The notes below the pieces were generated by a model. It ran no database searches. It had not been told where the DNA came from and worked only from the letters and a program-made list of their open reading frames with translations. A stretch of DNA of 64,000 nucleotides. Origin: Bacilli bacterium (lineage in GTDB: Bacteria; Bacillota_I; Bacilli_A; RF39; UBA660). Below are positions 48,350 to 59,220 of the stretch, piece by piece. Both the position numbers and the translations under genes were made by a program. Numbering within the stretch: the first letter of the stretch is position 1; each line of letters starts with the position of its first letter. The stretch covers positions 71,717 to 135,716 of the forward strand of contig JBKDZP010000004.1 in NCBI GenBank assembly GCA_047971315.1. Reading direction: 5' to 3'.

Positions 48350-50317
48350 ATGGAAATGGAAAAAGAAGTAAAAATCTTGAATTTAGATGATATTTTACCA
48401 AATAGATTTCAACCAAGAATTAGATTTAATGAAGAAAATATAATGGAACTTGCTGAATCAATAAAAGAACACGGAGTAATTCAACCTATAGTTGTAAGAA
48501 AAATAAGTGATAAATATGAAATAATTGCTGGAGAAAGAAGATATAAAGCTAGTGTATTAGCTGGTAAAACTACTGTACCAGCTATAATAACTAATTTAGA
48601 TGATCGAGATAGTGCTGAAATAGCATTAATTGAAAATGTTCAAAGAGAAGATTTAACCCCAATTGAAGAAGCTATATCTTATAAAAAAATACTAGATATG
48701 GGGTATTTAAATCAATCTTCTTTAGCAATAAAATTAGGTAAAACTCAGTCAACAATAGCAAATAAGCTTAGACTATTAAATTTGGGTGATGATATACAAG
48801 AAGCTTTATTAGAAGGTAAGATTTCAGAAAGACATGCACGTTCTTTATTGAAATTAGATGAGGAAAAACAAAAAAATATGCTAAACAGAATAATTACAGA
48901 AAGACTAACAGTTAGAAAAACAGATGAAGAAATAAATAGACTTTTACAAGAAGCAGGAGAAGATGCAGAAATATTAAATTTTGATGAGGATAAAGAAGAA
49001 ATCAACAATTTTAATCTTCCAGCAAATCCTATAATAGAAGATACTAATAATTTACAAGAAGATCAAGAATTTAAGCCTAGTTTTATAAATATGAATGATG
49101 TAGAATTCTCTATAAAACCAGCTGTAATTGAAGAAGAATCAAAACAAAATACATTAATACACCCAGAACAAACACCAAATTTTATAAATATACCTCAGGC
49201 AGAAATTTTGGAAAATAATGTAAATCAGCCAATCAATGAGTTTAAAATAGAGGAATTAAGTCCACAATTTTCAAAAACAAATGAGTATATTGATAATGAT
49301 TTCAAATCAAACATGTCTACTGAACAAATTAATCCTGGATTTATGGATATAAATAAAATAGAAAATGATGCAAAAGATATTTTTCAACCAGTGAAAGAAA
49401 TTAATAATATTGATGAATTATTAGTACCAACTTTGCACCCAGAGTTAAATTTAGAACCATCTACAAACGTTGATGAAATAAAAGAAGAGATAAAAGAAGA
49501 ACCAGTTCAAACAGGTGGGAAATTCTTTAATATGTTTAATTTCAATAGAGAAGAAGATACTAATCCAAATTACGTAAATGATTTTGAGAGTAAAGAAGTA
49601 AATATGGATTTCAATGAAATATCACCACAAATTCCAAATGTATTTGATTTTAAACCAGCACCTATCGAACCAGCAGTTGAGGTGGTAGAAAAAACAAATC
49701 CTGTAGTAACTGAAATAGAACAAAAAGAATTAGTTGAAGAATCAATTCAAAATGAAGAACAAAATAAATCATTATCAAATGATATAAATTCAACAATATT
49801 CCCAAGTTTTCAAAATAATGTATTTGAAACACAAATAACACAAGACTTAAATAATATTGAAATGCCAGAAGTTGAAGAAAAACAAGTAGAAGAAGAACCT
49901 TTTCAACCTCAAACTAGTTCATTAACATTAAATGATGAAGCTGAGTTTACAAATTTTCAACCATTTGGTGGTCAAGTACAATCAGTTGAAGAACCACAAA
50001 CAACAATAAATCCACCAGTTGTTGAGCAATCAAATATATTTAATCAAAATACAAATCCGTTTGCTTTTATAGATGAAAAAATTAATTCGAATTACGATGA
50101 TGTAAAATATGAAAATAAAACCGATTTATTTATACAACCAGTTATAAATGAAAATCAAGAAGTACAAGGAAAAGCTGCAATTAGTGACCTTAAATTAGCA
50201 ATCAATACAATAAGAGATTGTGCAAAAACTTTAGAAAAATATGGTTTCAATGTAGATACAGAAGAACTTGATTTTGAAAATTCATACAAAGTAACATTTA
50301 TAATTGATAAAAAATAG
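48350..50317 (+). CDS. noc: Noc-type ParB-family protein with a ~400-aa acidic, low-complexity insertion
   Basis: 655 aa. The N-terminal ~200 aa read LPNRFQPR...GVIQPIVVRK...IAGERRYKA...ALIENVQREDLTPIEEA...GKTQSTIANKLRLLNL...ISERHARSLLKL, matching Noc rather than Spo0J in the HTH. Residues ~205-600 are E/N/P/Q/I-rich. The last ~50 aa look ordered. It follows rsmG, as noc does in B. subtilis. Confidence 0.8.
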   Translation: MEMEKEVKILNLDDILPNRFQPRIRFNEENIMELAESIKEHGVIQPIVVRKISDKYEIIAGERRYKASVLAGKTTVPAIITNLDDRDSAEIALIENVQREDLTPIEEAISYKKILDMGYLNQSSLAIKLGKTQSTIANKLRLLNLGDDIQEALLEGKISERHARSLLKLDEEKQKNMLNRIITERLTVRKTDEEINRLLQEAGEDAEILNFDEDKEEINNFNLPANPIIEDTNNLQEDQEFKPSFINMNDVEFSIKPAVIEEESKQNTLIHPEQTPNFINIPQAEILENNVNQPINEFKIEELSPQFSKTNEYIDNDFKSNMSTEQINPGFMDINKIENDAKDIFQPVKEINNIDELLVPTLHPELNLEPSTNVDEIKEEIKEEPVQTGGKFFNMFNFNREEDTNPNYVNDFESKEVNMDFNEISPQIPNVFDFKPAPIEPAVEVVEKTNPVVTEIEQKELVEESIQNEEQNKSLSNDINSTIFPSFQNNVFETQITQDLNNIEMPEVEEKQVEEEPFQPQTSSLTLNDEAEFTNFQPFGGQVQSVEEPQTTINPPVVEQSNIFNQNTNPFAFIDEKINSNYDDVKYENKTDLFIQPVINENQEVQGKAAISDLKLAINTIRDCAKTLEKYGFNVDTEELDFENSYKVTFIIDKK

Positions 50318-50337
50318 AGTTTAAAACTCTTTTTTTG
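50316..50337 (+). terminator. intrinsic terminator after the noc-like gene
   Basis: The sequence agagtt-taa-aactct is followed by a T-run and overlaps the stop codon. Confidence 0.6.
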
Positions 50338-50341
50338 TTAA

Positions 50342-50605
50342 TTTAAAATTAACTCAAAAGCCAAGTGGTGATCAACCAAAAGCAATTGAAAAACTTGTTA
50401 AAGGAATAAAAAATAATGAGAAGTATCAAACATTACTTGGAGCAACAGGAACAGGTAAAACTTTTACAATTGCCAATGTAATAGAACAAATAAATAAACT
50501 GACTTTAGTAATAGCCCACAATAAAACACTAGCTGGACAATTATACTCTGAGCTAAAAGAGATATTTCCTTAAAATAGAGTAGAATATTTTGTTTCATAT
50601 TATGA
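50342..50605 (+). pseudogene. orphan, diverged copy of the first ~90 codons of uvrB (left direct repeat of the island)
   Basis: Aligns with 55047-55315 and encodes [80 protein letters not shown]. It has no ATG or RBS, a TAA at 50571-50573, and a 5-nt indel near the left edge. Confidence 0.9.
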
Positions 50606-50716
50606 GAAACGCAAAAATTACTTATTTTATGGTGTTATTTAGTGTTACTTAATCCACCGTTTTTGACATAAAAAAACATAATAACACTAAACAAACAAAA
50701 TATTTCTGTGACTTTT

Positions 50717-50736
50717 ATTCGTGTAAATTCGTGTAA
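50717..50736 (+). repeat. two tandem copies of the 10-mer ATTCGTGTAA near the left island end
   Basis: The sequence attcgtgtaaattcgtgtaa. The same 10-mer recurs three times near the right end (54926-54997). Confidence 0.7.
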
Positions 50737-50785
50737 TGAAAAATAATAAATTGTTAATATAAATAGATAGAAAGGAAATTAAATT

Positions 50786-51151
50786 ATGGCAATAGAATGT
50801 TATGTGGACGAACTTGAATGTTTAGAAGTTATGATTGAGGCAATGATAAATAAAAGGAAACTGCCGATCAAATATATAAATATAATTCTTAAATTTTCAA
50901 AATTGGATTTCTTCAAATCTTTAGACAATGAGGAAGGAATAGAAGCAGAGTATATTAAATATTTTGGATCTAATTCTATGGCAATAAAAATGTAGCCAAC
51001 GCTTAAAAGGTTAAAAGAATAAGCTAATTCCACTTATGAAGAATTAAGTAAAATAACATGGGAAGATTTTGATTTAAAAAAACAAACTATATTAATTAAA
51101 AGTATTCTAGGACATAAGTCCACAAATTTAATTGAAGATATTTATAGATAA
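50786..51151 (+). pseudogene. decayed ORF whose 3' part retains tyrosine-recombinase motifs
   Basis: A single frame with in-frame TAG (50993-50995) and TAA (51020-51022). The tail reads ANSTYEELSKITWEDFDLKKQTILIKSILGHKSTNLIEDIYR, showing the R-box-like segment fused directly to LGH...Y, which implies an internal deletion. Confidence 0.4.
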
Positions 51152-51373
51152 TTTAAATATAAGAAAGATATTGGGTGAATTAATATTTTTAAAACCAAAG
51201 ATAAATCTAAAATTGAATTAGACCGATATGAATTGGGATATATACTAAAAGGACTTATGGAATTGAGAAATCAGCTAATAAAAAAATAACGAGGATTGTG
51301 AGTATCTCAATCCATTAATCATAAAAATAACTAGTGAATATAAAAAATTAAATAATTAAAATACATATGAGAA

Positions 51374-52099
51374 TTGATTACAATTGGTGGAGAACCATTT
51401 TTACGAAAAGATATAAAAAAAGTAATAGAAACAATATATAATTGTTTACCAAAACTAAATTGCATTTTTCTTAATACTAATGGTACTATACTTAATAAAG
51501 TGGTAGATATTTGTAACTATTGTTGTGAGTTAGTTCCTGATGTAATTTTGAGTATTTCGTTAGAGGGTACTAAAGATATTAACAAAATAATTATAGGCAT
51601 AGATACCTATGAAAAAGTTATAAACTTAGTAAAACTAATTTTAAAAGAAGCATCAAAGGTATTTGTATGTTTATCAATGACATTAACAAACGATAATTGT
51701 GATTTAGAAAACTTAAATCATATAAAAGATTTATCTGAAAAATTAAACTGTGGTTATAGTTTTAGATTCGCTGATAATTCTGATGAATTTTATAAGAATA
51801 GTGAGATTAATTTAGAAGTTATAGATAATAAAAGGAAAATAGTTTATGATTTTATAAAAGAAAATGCCATGGATAATGAGTTCTTAAAAGTTTTAAAAGT
51901 GTATATTGATACTGCAAAGATCCCAATACTATTTGATAAAAATAATAATAATTTATGTTTAGCAGGAAAAGAATTTGCATTTATAAAAACCAATGGAGAA
52001 ATCACCCCATGTTTATACAGCTCTAGGATATTAGGTTCATTAGAAAAAGAATTTAATTATAAAAATTTAAAATTAGGCAAATATGAAAAATGTCCATGA
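51374..52099 (+). pseudogene. radical SAM enzyme lacking its N-terminal CxxxCxxC segment
   Basis: Begins inside the GGEPFL SAM-binding motif (ITIGGEPFLRKD...NTNGT...). The frame is closed a few codons upstream. The C-terminal Cys-rich region is cut by a TGA (KCP*CTDC); reading through would extend it to 52174. Confidence 0.6.
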
Positions 52100-52154
52100 T
52101 GTACGGATTGTACGATTTATCCGATAATTGAATTTAGGAAAAGAGGTATAGCTA

Positions 52155-52619
52155 ATGATTGTAAAAAAGATTAAAGATAAAATAGTCAATACTAAAACTC
52201 TAATAGATGTAATTCAGGAAAAATCAAATAAAAAAGTTATATTGACTAATGAATGCTTTGACATTATTTATAATGGACATGTTAATTATTTAGAAAAAGG
52301 AGATATTTTAATTGTAGGATTAAATAGTGATTCATCTATTAAAAAATTAAAAGGAGAGAATAGACCAATATTACCAGAAGCTTGTAGAATGGCACTGTTA
52401 GCTGCCTTAGAGAGTGTAGATTATGTTATTGTTTTTGATGATGATACACCATTTGAATTAATAAATACAATAAGACCAGACATTTATATAAAAGGTGGAG
52501 ATTATAACCTTGATAATATGTTGGAAAATAATATTGGTTTCAAAAAAATAAGTGTTTACTGCAAAGATGCAAAAATAATTCAATTTGAAGATAGTATTTC
52601 AACTACTCAAATTGTATAG
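52155..52619 (+). CDS. RfaE-domain-II-like cytidylyl/adenylyltransferase with a degenerate active-site motif
   Basis: 154 aa. The sequence LTNECFDIIYNGHVNYLEKGDILIVGLNSDSSIKKLKGENRPILPE...ALESVDYVIVFDDDTP...IKGGDY...STT compares with the canonical TNGCFDILHAGHVSYL..A...GD.LIV. HxGH has become YNGH, and a ~5-aa gap follows YLE. Confidence 0.65.
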   Translation: MIVKKIKDKIVNTKTLIDVIQEKSNKKVILTNECFDIIYNGHVNYLEKGDILIVGLNSDSSIKKLKGENRPILPEACRMALLAALESVDYVIVFDDDTPFELINTIRPDIYIKGGDYNLDNMLENNIGFKKISVYCKDAKIIQFEDSISTTQIV

Positions 52620-52656
52620 AAAATTATAAACTGTGGGTAATAATAAGGAGGTAAAA

Positions 52657-53321
52657 ATGATAGAGAAAATAAAAAAATAGTACAAGAAAAACTAAGTTGT
52701 TCTTCTCATGATTTGGAACATGTTTTTAGAGTTTATAATAACTGTCTAAGAATTGCTAAAACAGAAAAAAATGTTGATATAGACGTATTCCAAGTAGCAA
52801 CGTTATTGCATGAAATAGCTAGAGTTAAAGAAGATAATTGTCAAGATAGAAGTATTGATCATGCAATATTAGAATCTGAAATGGCAATAGATATACTAAA
52901 GAGTTTTAATCTTGATAATGATTTTATAGAAAAAGTTTCATCAGCTTTAAGAACTCATAGATTTAAAGTTGGATTAATTCCTGAATCTTTAGAAGCTAAA
53001 ATATTATTTGATGCTGATAAATTAGATGTTATAGGGAATATTGGTATATGCAGAACTTATATGATCGCTGGTGAGTTTAAACAAACTGTATTTAATGATT
53101 GCGATTTGGAACAATATATTGCTACCAATTTAATAGGTGGATAACCTAATGGAAGGATCATTGATTTATCTAAGCATGCACCAAATATTGAATTTCAATT
53201 AAAAAATGTTAAAATTCTAGATAAAATGTTTAAAAATGAAAGCAAAAAAATTGCCATCAAAAGAATTGAAAGAATGAAGCATTTTATTAATGATTTAAAA
53301 AAAGAATTAGAAGAAGCTTAA
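52657..53321 (+). pseudogene. HD-domain phosphohydrolase with a frameshift and an in-frame stop
   Basis: ATG at 52657 after AAGGAGGT. The A7 run at 52671-52677 puts the start out of frame with the body (SSHDLEHVFRVYNN...LLHEIAR...HRF...DADKLD...). An in-frame TAA lies at 53142-53144, with family-typical sequence continuing to 53321. The HD motif reads HE. Confidence 0.7.
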
Positions 53322-53343
53322 AAAGATTAAGGGGTAAGATTGA

Positions 53344-53572
53344 ATGAATTATATAAAAGAAAATGATTTTGTAAAAAATAGTTTTACAGAATTCTTTATG
53401 GATATTGGCTTTAAAAAAGTAGATAGTGTAGAATTAAATTCTAAAATTGATAGCTCTGTGTTTCTTATAGGATCTTGTACTAATATTTTCAAGCAATATT
53501 TTTTAAATGGAAATATTCATAGTAATGGTCATGTTTTAGTGCAACCATCAATAAATAAAGAAAAAATATTAG

Positions 53573-53601
<29 letters not shown>
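53344..53601 (+). CDS. truncated ORF resembling the N-terminus of a class II AlaRS-like ligase
   Basis: 85 aa. The pattern F.EFF...GF..V.S..L......S.FL......IFKQYFL.G compares with the AlaRS pattern Fl.FF...gH..v.Ss.L....D.tLlFtnAGM.qFK..flG. The ORF is cut off where the IstB remnant begins. This is pattern recall only. Confidence 0.3.
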
Positions 53602-54061
<460 letters not shown>

Positions 54062-54133
54062 TATTCCACTTTTCCTCCATTTTTTATTCCCATAAACCGG
54101 CATTTTTATATTCACAATTATAATCTTCGAATA

Positions 54134-54794
54134 ATGTTCGCTGTATTAATGGGGTTTAGAATAAGTGAGATAAACGGATTAAAATATTCAGATATTGATT
54201 TTGTTAATAGACATATAATTATTGATAGGCAATTAGGACGTGATATTAACAAAAATAAAGATACTTGCAAAAAGAAAACTGTTACAACACAAGAAATAAA
54301 AATAAAAACAAAAAATAGAGACAGAAGTGTTGATATTCCAGATTTACTTTTTGAAACAATACTTGAAGAAAAAAAAGGTATGAAAAGCATAGAAAAAGAA
54401 GAAAAAAGAATTCAGAGAAGATAATTATATTTGTTGTTCAACATATGGTAAATCTAGAAGTAGAGGATTCCATCAAAGCTATTATAATGAGTTAATGAAA
54501 CAATTAAATCTTCCTGATATAGATTTTCATGATTTACGACATACTTTCACAACTTTAATAGTGAAATCTAATTTTAATGCTAAAGCAATATCACAATTAT
54601 TGGGACATGTATCAGAAATTATTACAATTGATGTCTATACTGATAATAGATAAATAACTATTGATTGTCTTGATATTTTGGAGCCGTTTATTGAAAATTT
54701 AATTCCAGAAGATGAAGAGAAAGGGCTTGTATATGATTACAGTGATGAGAAAAATAAAATTCATGATTATTACAATGAAATAATGGCTAAGTAA
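54134..54794 (+). pseudogene. int: tyrosine recombinase/integrase remnant (5'-truncated, frameshifted, in-frame TAA)
   Basis: The sequence LMGFRISEINGLKYSDIDF (R box) is followed by a frameshift within the A-rich 54393-54424. It continues DIDFHDLRHTFTTLIV...LLGHVSEIITIDVYTDNR*ITIDCLDILEPFIENLIPE..., with the TAA at 54651-54653. Confidence 0.8.
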
Positions 54795-54925
54795 TCTCAT
54801 TTTAAAACATAATATCTAAGCCACTTACCTTGTTAAATTGTTAAAAGAATGTTAAAATATATTAAATAAAATTAATTAATATTGTTTGGTATTATTTAGT
54901 TTCAAAAATAAGATTTGTGAATTTT

Positions 54926-54997
54926 ACTCGTGTAAGAGGTATATCAACCATATATTTACATTGAAATTACACGAATTTAAAACTTAATTACACGAAT
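54926..54997. repeat. three further copies of the ATTCGTGTAA motif near the right island end
   Basis: actcgtgtaa at 54926-54935 is direct with 1 mismatch. ttacacgaat at 54967-54976 and 54988-54997 are inverted. The inverted pair is enclosed by the 10-bp inverted repeat tatcaaccat/atggttgata (54942-54951 and 55001-55010). Confidence 0.7.
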
Positions 54998-55043
54998 TTG
55001 ATGGTTGATAATTGTCATAATAAAGAATATAGGAGGCATGATT

Positions 55044-56996
55044 ATGTTTAAAATAAACTCAAAATATAGTCCAAGTGGAGATCAACCAATAGCAATCGAA
55101 AAACTTGTTAAAGGAATAAAAAACAATGATAAATATCAAACATTACTTGGAGCAACAGGAACAGGTAAAACTTTTACAATTGCCAATGTAATAGACCAAG
55201 TAAATAAACCGACCTTAGTAATAGCCCACAATAAAACACTAGCTGGACAATTATACTCTGAGCTAAAAGAGATATTTCCTGAAAATAGAGTAGAATATTT
55301 TGTTTCATATTATGATTATTTCCAACCAGAGGCATATGTAGCAAAAACAGATACATATATTGAGAAAGATTCATCAATTAATGATGAAATAGATGAATTA
55401 AGACATAGTGCAGTATCAGGTCTTTTAACAAGAGAAGATGTGATAGTTGTAGCTTCAGTTTCATGTATTTATGGTATAGGAGAAATAGAAGACTATAAGG
55501 AAAAAATTTTAACATTAAGTATTAATGATCAAATTGAACGTAATGATGTAATGTTAAAGTTAGTAGAGATGTTTTATGAAAGAAATAATATTGAATTAAA
55601 AAGAGGAACATTTAGAGCAATTGGAGACATTTTAGAAATAATGCCTGTTAGTCAACATGGAAAAGGAATAAGAATAGAATTTTTTGGAGACATTATTGAA
55701 AAAATATATGAATATGATACACTAACAGGAACAATAATTTCTAATAAAAATACAATAAGTATATTTGCAGCTAGTTTATTTGTTACAAATGATGAAAAGT
55801 TGAAAATAGCTATTAATAATATAAAAGAAGAATTAGACAATCAACTTGTAAGCTTTAAAGCTCAAAATAAACTAATTGAACATCAAAGACTTCTTGAAAG
55901 AACAAATTATGATTTAGAAATGTTATTAGAAACAGGATCATGTAGAGGAATAGAAAATTATTCTAGACATATGGCATTAAAACAATCAGGAGAAACTCCA
56001 ACAACATTAGTTGATGCATTTGGAAAAGATTTTTTATTAATAATAGATGAATCTCATGTAACAATTCCACAAATAAGAGGAATGTATAATGGTGACCAAG
56101 CTAGAAAGAAAGTACTTGTAGAATATGGATTTAGACTACCAAGTGCAATGGATAATAGACCATTAAAATTTGATGAATTTGAAAATAAAATTAATCAATT
56201 AATTTGTGTATCCGCAACACCTGGTGATTATGAATTAGAAAAAAGTAAAAATAATATAGTTGAACAGATAATAAGACCAACGGGACTTTTAGATCCAACA
56301 ATTGAAATAAAACCAACAAAACATCAAATAGATGATTTAGTTGATCAAATAAATAAAAAAATTGAAATAAATGAAAGAGTTCTAATCACAACACTAACAA
56401 TTCGTATGGCAGAAGAACTTACAACATATATAAAAACTCTAGATATAAAAGTTGCATATCTGCACAGTGAAGTAAAAACTCTTGATAGATTAAAAATAAT
56501 TCATGACTTAAGAAGTGGAAAATATGATGTTCTAGTTGGAATAAATCTTTTAAGAGAAGGGTTAGATATACCAGAAGTAAGTTTAATTGCAATAATGGAT
56601 GCCGATAAACAAGGATTTTTAAGAAGTGATAGAAGTTTAATTCAAACAATCGGAAGAGCTGCTAGAAATGCTTCTGGTCATGTAATTATGTACGCTGATT
56701 CAATAAGTGATTCAATGAAAAGAGCTATTAATGAAACCGAAAGAAGAAGAGAAATTCAAGAAACATACAATAAAGAACATAATATAGTACCTAAAACAAT
56801 TATAAAAGAAATAAGAGAAGTAATTACAAATAATAAAGATTTAGATGAAACAGAACCAATTAAAATGACAAAAGAAGAAAAAATAAAATTAATTAATAAA
56901 ATAGAAAATGAAATGTTTATAGCAGCAAAAAATCTTGATTTTGAAAGAGCAACAGAACTAAGAGACATTTTATTTGAATTAAAGGATAAAAAATAA
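55044..56996 (+). CDS. uvrB: excinuclease ABC subunit B
   Basis: Start at ATG 55044 ([15 protein letters not shown]...), 7 nt after AGGAGG. Contains [15 protein letters not shown], the helicase C motifs and a UVR domain at the C-terminus. Confidence 0.95.
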   Translation: MFKINSKYSPSGDQPIAIEKLVKGIKNNDKYQTLLGATGTGKTFTIANVIDQVNKPTLVIAHNKTLAGQLYSELKEIFPENRVEYFVSYYDYFQPEAYVAKTDTYIEKDSSINDEIDELRHSAVSGLLTREDVIVVASVSCIYGIGEIEDYKEKILTLSINDQIERNDVMLKLVEMFYERNNIELKRGTFRAIGDILEIMPVSQHGKGIRIEFFGDIIEKIYEYDTLTGTIISNKNTISIFAASLFVTNDEKLKIAINNIKEELDNQLVSFKAQNKLIEHQRLLERTNYDLEMLLETGSCRGIENYSRHMALKQSGETPTTLVDAFGKDFLLIIDESHVTIPQIRGMYNGDQARKKVLVEYGFRLPSAMDNRPLKFDEFENKINQLICVSATPGDYELEKSKNNIVEQIIRPTGLLDPTIEIKPTKHQIDDLVDQINKKIEINERVLITTLTIRMAEELTTYIKTLDIKVAYLHSEVKTLDRLKIIHDLRSGKYDVLVGINLLREGLDIPEVSLIAIMDADKQGFLRSDRSLIQTIGRAARNASGHVIMYADSISDSMKRAINETERRREIQETYNKEHNIVPKTIIKEIREVITNNKDLDETEPIKMTKEEKIKLINKIENEMFIAAKNLDFERATELRDILFELKDKK

Positions 56997-57859
56997 TGAA
57001 CTTTAAAAGAATATATGTAGAAATAACTAATATTTGTAACAAAAATTGTAGTTTTTGTTCAAAAGACACAAATATCAAAAGACATAAGAATATAAATGAA
57101 TTTGAACACATTTTAAAACAAATAAAACCATATACAAATTATATTTGTCTTCATATTAAAGGAGAACCATTATTTCATCCTAATATAGAAGAAATATTTA
57201 AAATATGTGATAAATATCAAATCTACATTAATCTAACAACAAATGGTTCTTTAATTCATAAAAATAAAGAAAATATAATTAACTCAAAATATTTAAGGCA
57301 AATAAACATATCTCTCCACAGCTTTGAAAAAATAACAGAAGAAGAAACAATAGAAACAATTTTAAAAACAGTAGATGAAATTCAAAAAAAATCTTCAAAA
57401 TATATAGTTTACAGATTTTGGGCAATAAAAAACAATAAATTAACTAAAGAAAATGAAATTATACTAAATAAACTCATAAAAAACTATAATATTGAAAATA
57501 TGAAAGAAGATATATTAAAAACAAAAAATATTAAAATAGAAAATAATATATACATCAACAAAGCTGAAATATTCACATGGCCAAACATAGAAAGTCCTAA
57601 TTTAGGAACTAAAGGAACTTGTTTAGGATTAAAAACACATTTAGGTATACTAGTAGATGGAACAATAGTACCCTGTTGCCTAGACTCAAAAGGAATAATA
57701 AATCTAGGAAATATATTTCATACATCATTTAAAGATATTCTATCATCATCAAAATTCAAAAATATAAATCAAAATTTTAGAAATAACATCCTAATAGAAG
57801 AATTATGTCAAAAATGCCAATATATTAAAAGATGTGAAAAACCTAAAAATATGATATAA
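56996..57859 (+). CDS. radical SAM protein with a Cys-rich (SPASM/twitch-like) C-terminus
   Basis: 287 aa. Contains CNKNCSFC (CxxxCxxC), KGEPLFHP and TTNG. C-terminal PCCLD...CQKCQY..RC. The ATG overlaps the uvrB stop (TAATG). Confidence 0.8.
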   Translation: MNFKRIYVEITNICNKNCSFCSKDTNIKRHKNINEFEHILKQIKPYTNYICLHIKGEPLFHPNIEEIFKICDKYQIYINLTTNGSLIHKNKENIINSKYLRQINISLHSFEKITEEETIETILKTVDEIQKKSSKYIVYRFWAIKNNKLTKENEIILNKLIKNYNIENMKEDILKTKNIKIENNIYINKAEIFTWPNIESPNLGTKGTCLGLKTHLGILVDGTIVPCCLDSKGIINLGNIFHTSFKDILSSSKFKNINQNFRNNILIEELCQKCQYIKRCEKPKNMI

Positions 57860-57886
57860 TTATAAAAAATATATGGAGGTGAAAAC

Positions 57887-58315
57887 TTGAAAGTAATTAT
57901 TATAGATGAAAAGTTAAATAAAAAACGTGTAAATAACTTCATTGAATGGTTAATATACATGGTAGGATATGCTTTAATTTTAATTTCGTTAGCAGTTTTA
58001 TTCAAAAATACAATTCAAATAGATAATAGCTATTTTGGTTTTTGGGGATTGTTAGCTGCAATTCTAATATATATATTAAATAGAACAATAAAACCAATTA
58101 TAGTTTGGTTAACACTACCAATTACTGCCTTAACACTTGGAATATTTTATCCATTTATAAATGTTTTTATATTACAAATTGTTGATGCAATTTTAGGAAA
58201 GCATTTTACAATTAATGGCGTATTTATAGCATGTTTTGTAGCAATATTAATTTCTATAATGAATATTATTATGGATAAAGCTATATTATCACCAATGTTA
58301 AAGAGAGGAGAATAA
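57887..58315 (+). CDS. four-TM membrane protein, YvlD/holin-4_2-like family
   Basis: 142 aa. The hydrophobic pattern with RTIKPIIVWLTLPITALTLGIF resembles YvlD (PF04020). Confidence 0.5.
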   Translation: MKVIIIDEKLNKKRVNNFIEWLIYMVGYALILISLAVLFKNTIQIDNSYFGFWGLLAAILIYILNRTIKPIIVWLTLPITALTLGIFYPFINVFILQIVDAILGKHFTINGVFIACFVAILISIMNIIMDKAILSPMLKRGE

Positions 58316-58316
58316 A

Positions 58317-59132
58317 ATGAATCAAGTATTTTTAGACTTAGGAATTATAAAAATATACTGGTATTCAATTATTTTATTTGTTGCTTTTTTTGTAGGAGGG
58401 GCACTAGCAATAAAAGAGAGTAAAAAATGGAAAATATCAGAAGACTTTATGATTAATATGTTTTTTTATTTAATACCTATATCTTTAATAGGAGCTAGAA
58501 TTTATTATGTTTTATTTAACCTTGATTACTATTCCAATAATTTATTAGATATCTTTAAAGTATGGGAAGGCGGACTAGCAATTCATGGTGGACTAATTGC
58601 TGCCTTATTATTTATTATTATTTATTCAAAAAAATATAAAATAACTACTTTACGTATAACGGACATATTAGTAGTAAGTCTAATTTTAGGACAGGCAATT
58701 GGAAGATGGGGAAATTTTTTTAATAGTGAAGCACATGGACCTATAACATCTTTAGAATTTCTTCAATCAATTCATATTCCAAACTTTATTATAGAAGGTT
58801 TGAAAATAAACGGTGTTTATTATCAGCCAACATTCCTATATGAATCAATATTGTGTTTTATTGGATTTATAATATTAATAATTATAAGAAGAAGTGAATA
58901 CCTAAAAATTGGACAATTGACTTCTTTATATCTTATTTATTATGGAGTAATTAGATTTTTTATTGAATCATTAAGAACAGATAGCTTAATGATAATAGGA
59001 TTAAAAGCAGCACAAATAGTTTCAATAATAATGATAATTATTGGAATAATAATGTTAATAAAACTAAAAAAAGGTTCAATTTTCGTAAATAAATATAATG
59101 ATACAAAAAATATAGACAAAGATATATTTTGA
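58317..59132 (+). CDS. lgt: prolipoprotein diacylglyceryl transferase
   Basis: 271 aa. Contains GLAIHGG and GRWGNFFNSEAHG. Confidence 0.9.
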   Translation: MNQVFLDLGIIKIYWYSIILFVAFFVGGALAIKESKKWKISEDFMINMFFYLIPISLIGARIYYVLFNLDYYSNNLLDIFKVWEGGLAIHGGLIAALLFIIIYSKKYKITTLRITDILVVSLILGQAIGRWGNFFNSEAHGPITSLEFLQSIHIPNFIIEGLKINGVYYQPTFLYESILCFIGFIILIIIRRSEYLKIGQLTSLYLIYYGVIRFFIESLRTDSLMIIGLKAAQIVSIIMIIIGIIMLIKLKKGSIFVNKYNDTKNIDKDIF

Positions 59133-59220
59133 GACTAACCTATTACTAAAAATATAGCAATAGGTTTTTGTGTATTTAAAATAATAAAAATTTATAGTAT
59201 AATAAAAAGCAGGTGATAAT

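Noticed and set aside
50800-51033. 77-aa minus-strand ORF in the island (and the 90-aa one at 54118-54390).
   Set aside because: They are antisense to frames that carry recognisable recombinase motifs. They are hydrophobic and low-complexity, with no RBS.
54940-55043. A LexA (Cheo box, GAAC-N4-GTTC) operator upstream of uvrB.
   Set aside because: I found no GAAC-N4-GTTC match in the 250 bp upstream of the uvrB start. The nearest candidate, cgaatttaaaactt, misses several consensus positions.
57887-58315. Holin-like membrane protein considered as a sign of a prophage.
   Set aside because: No other phage genes are adjacent. YvlD-type proteins are chromosomal in Bacillus, and the flanking genes (uvrB, lgt, yvcK, whiA) are housekeeping.
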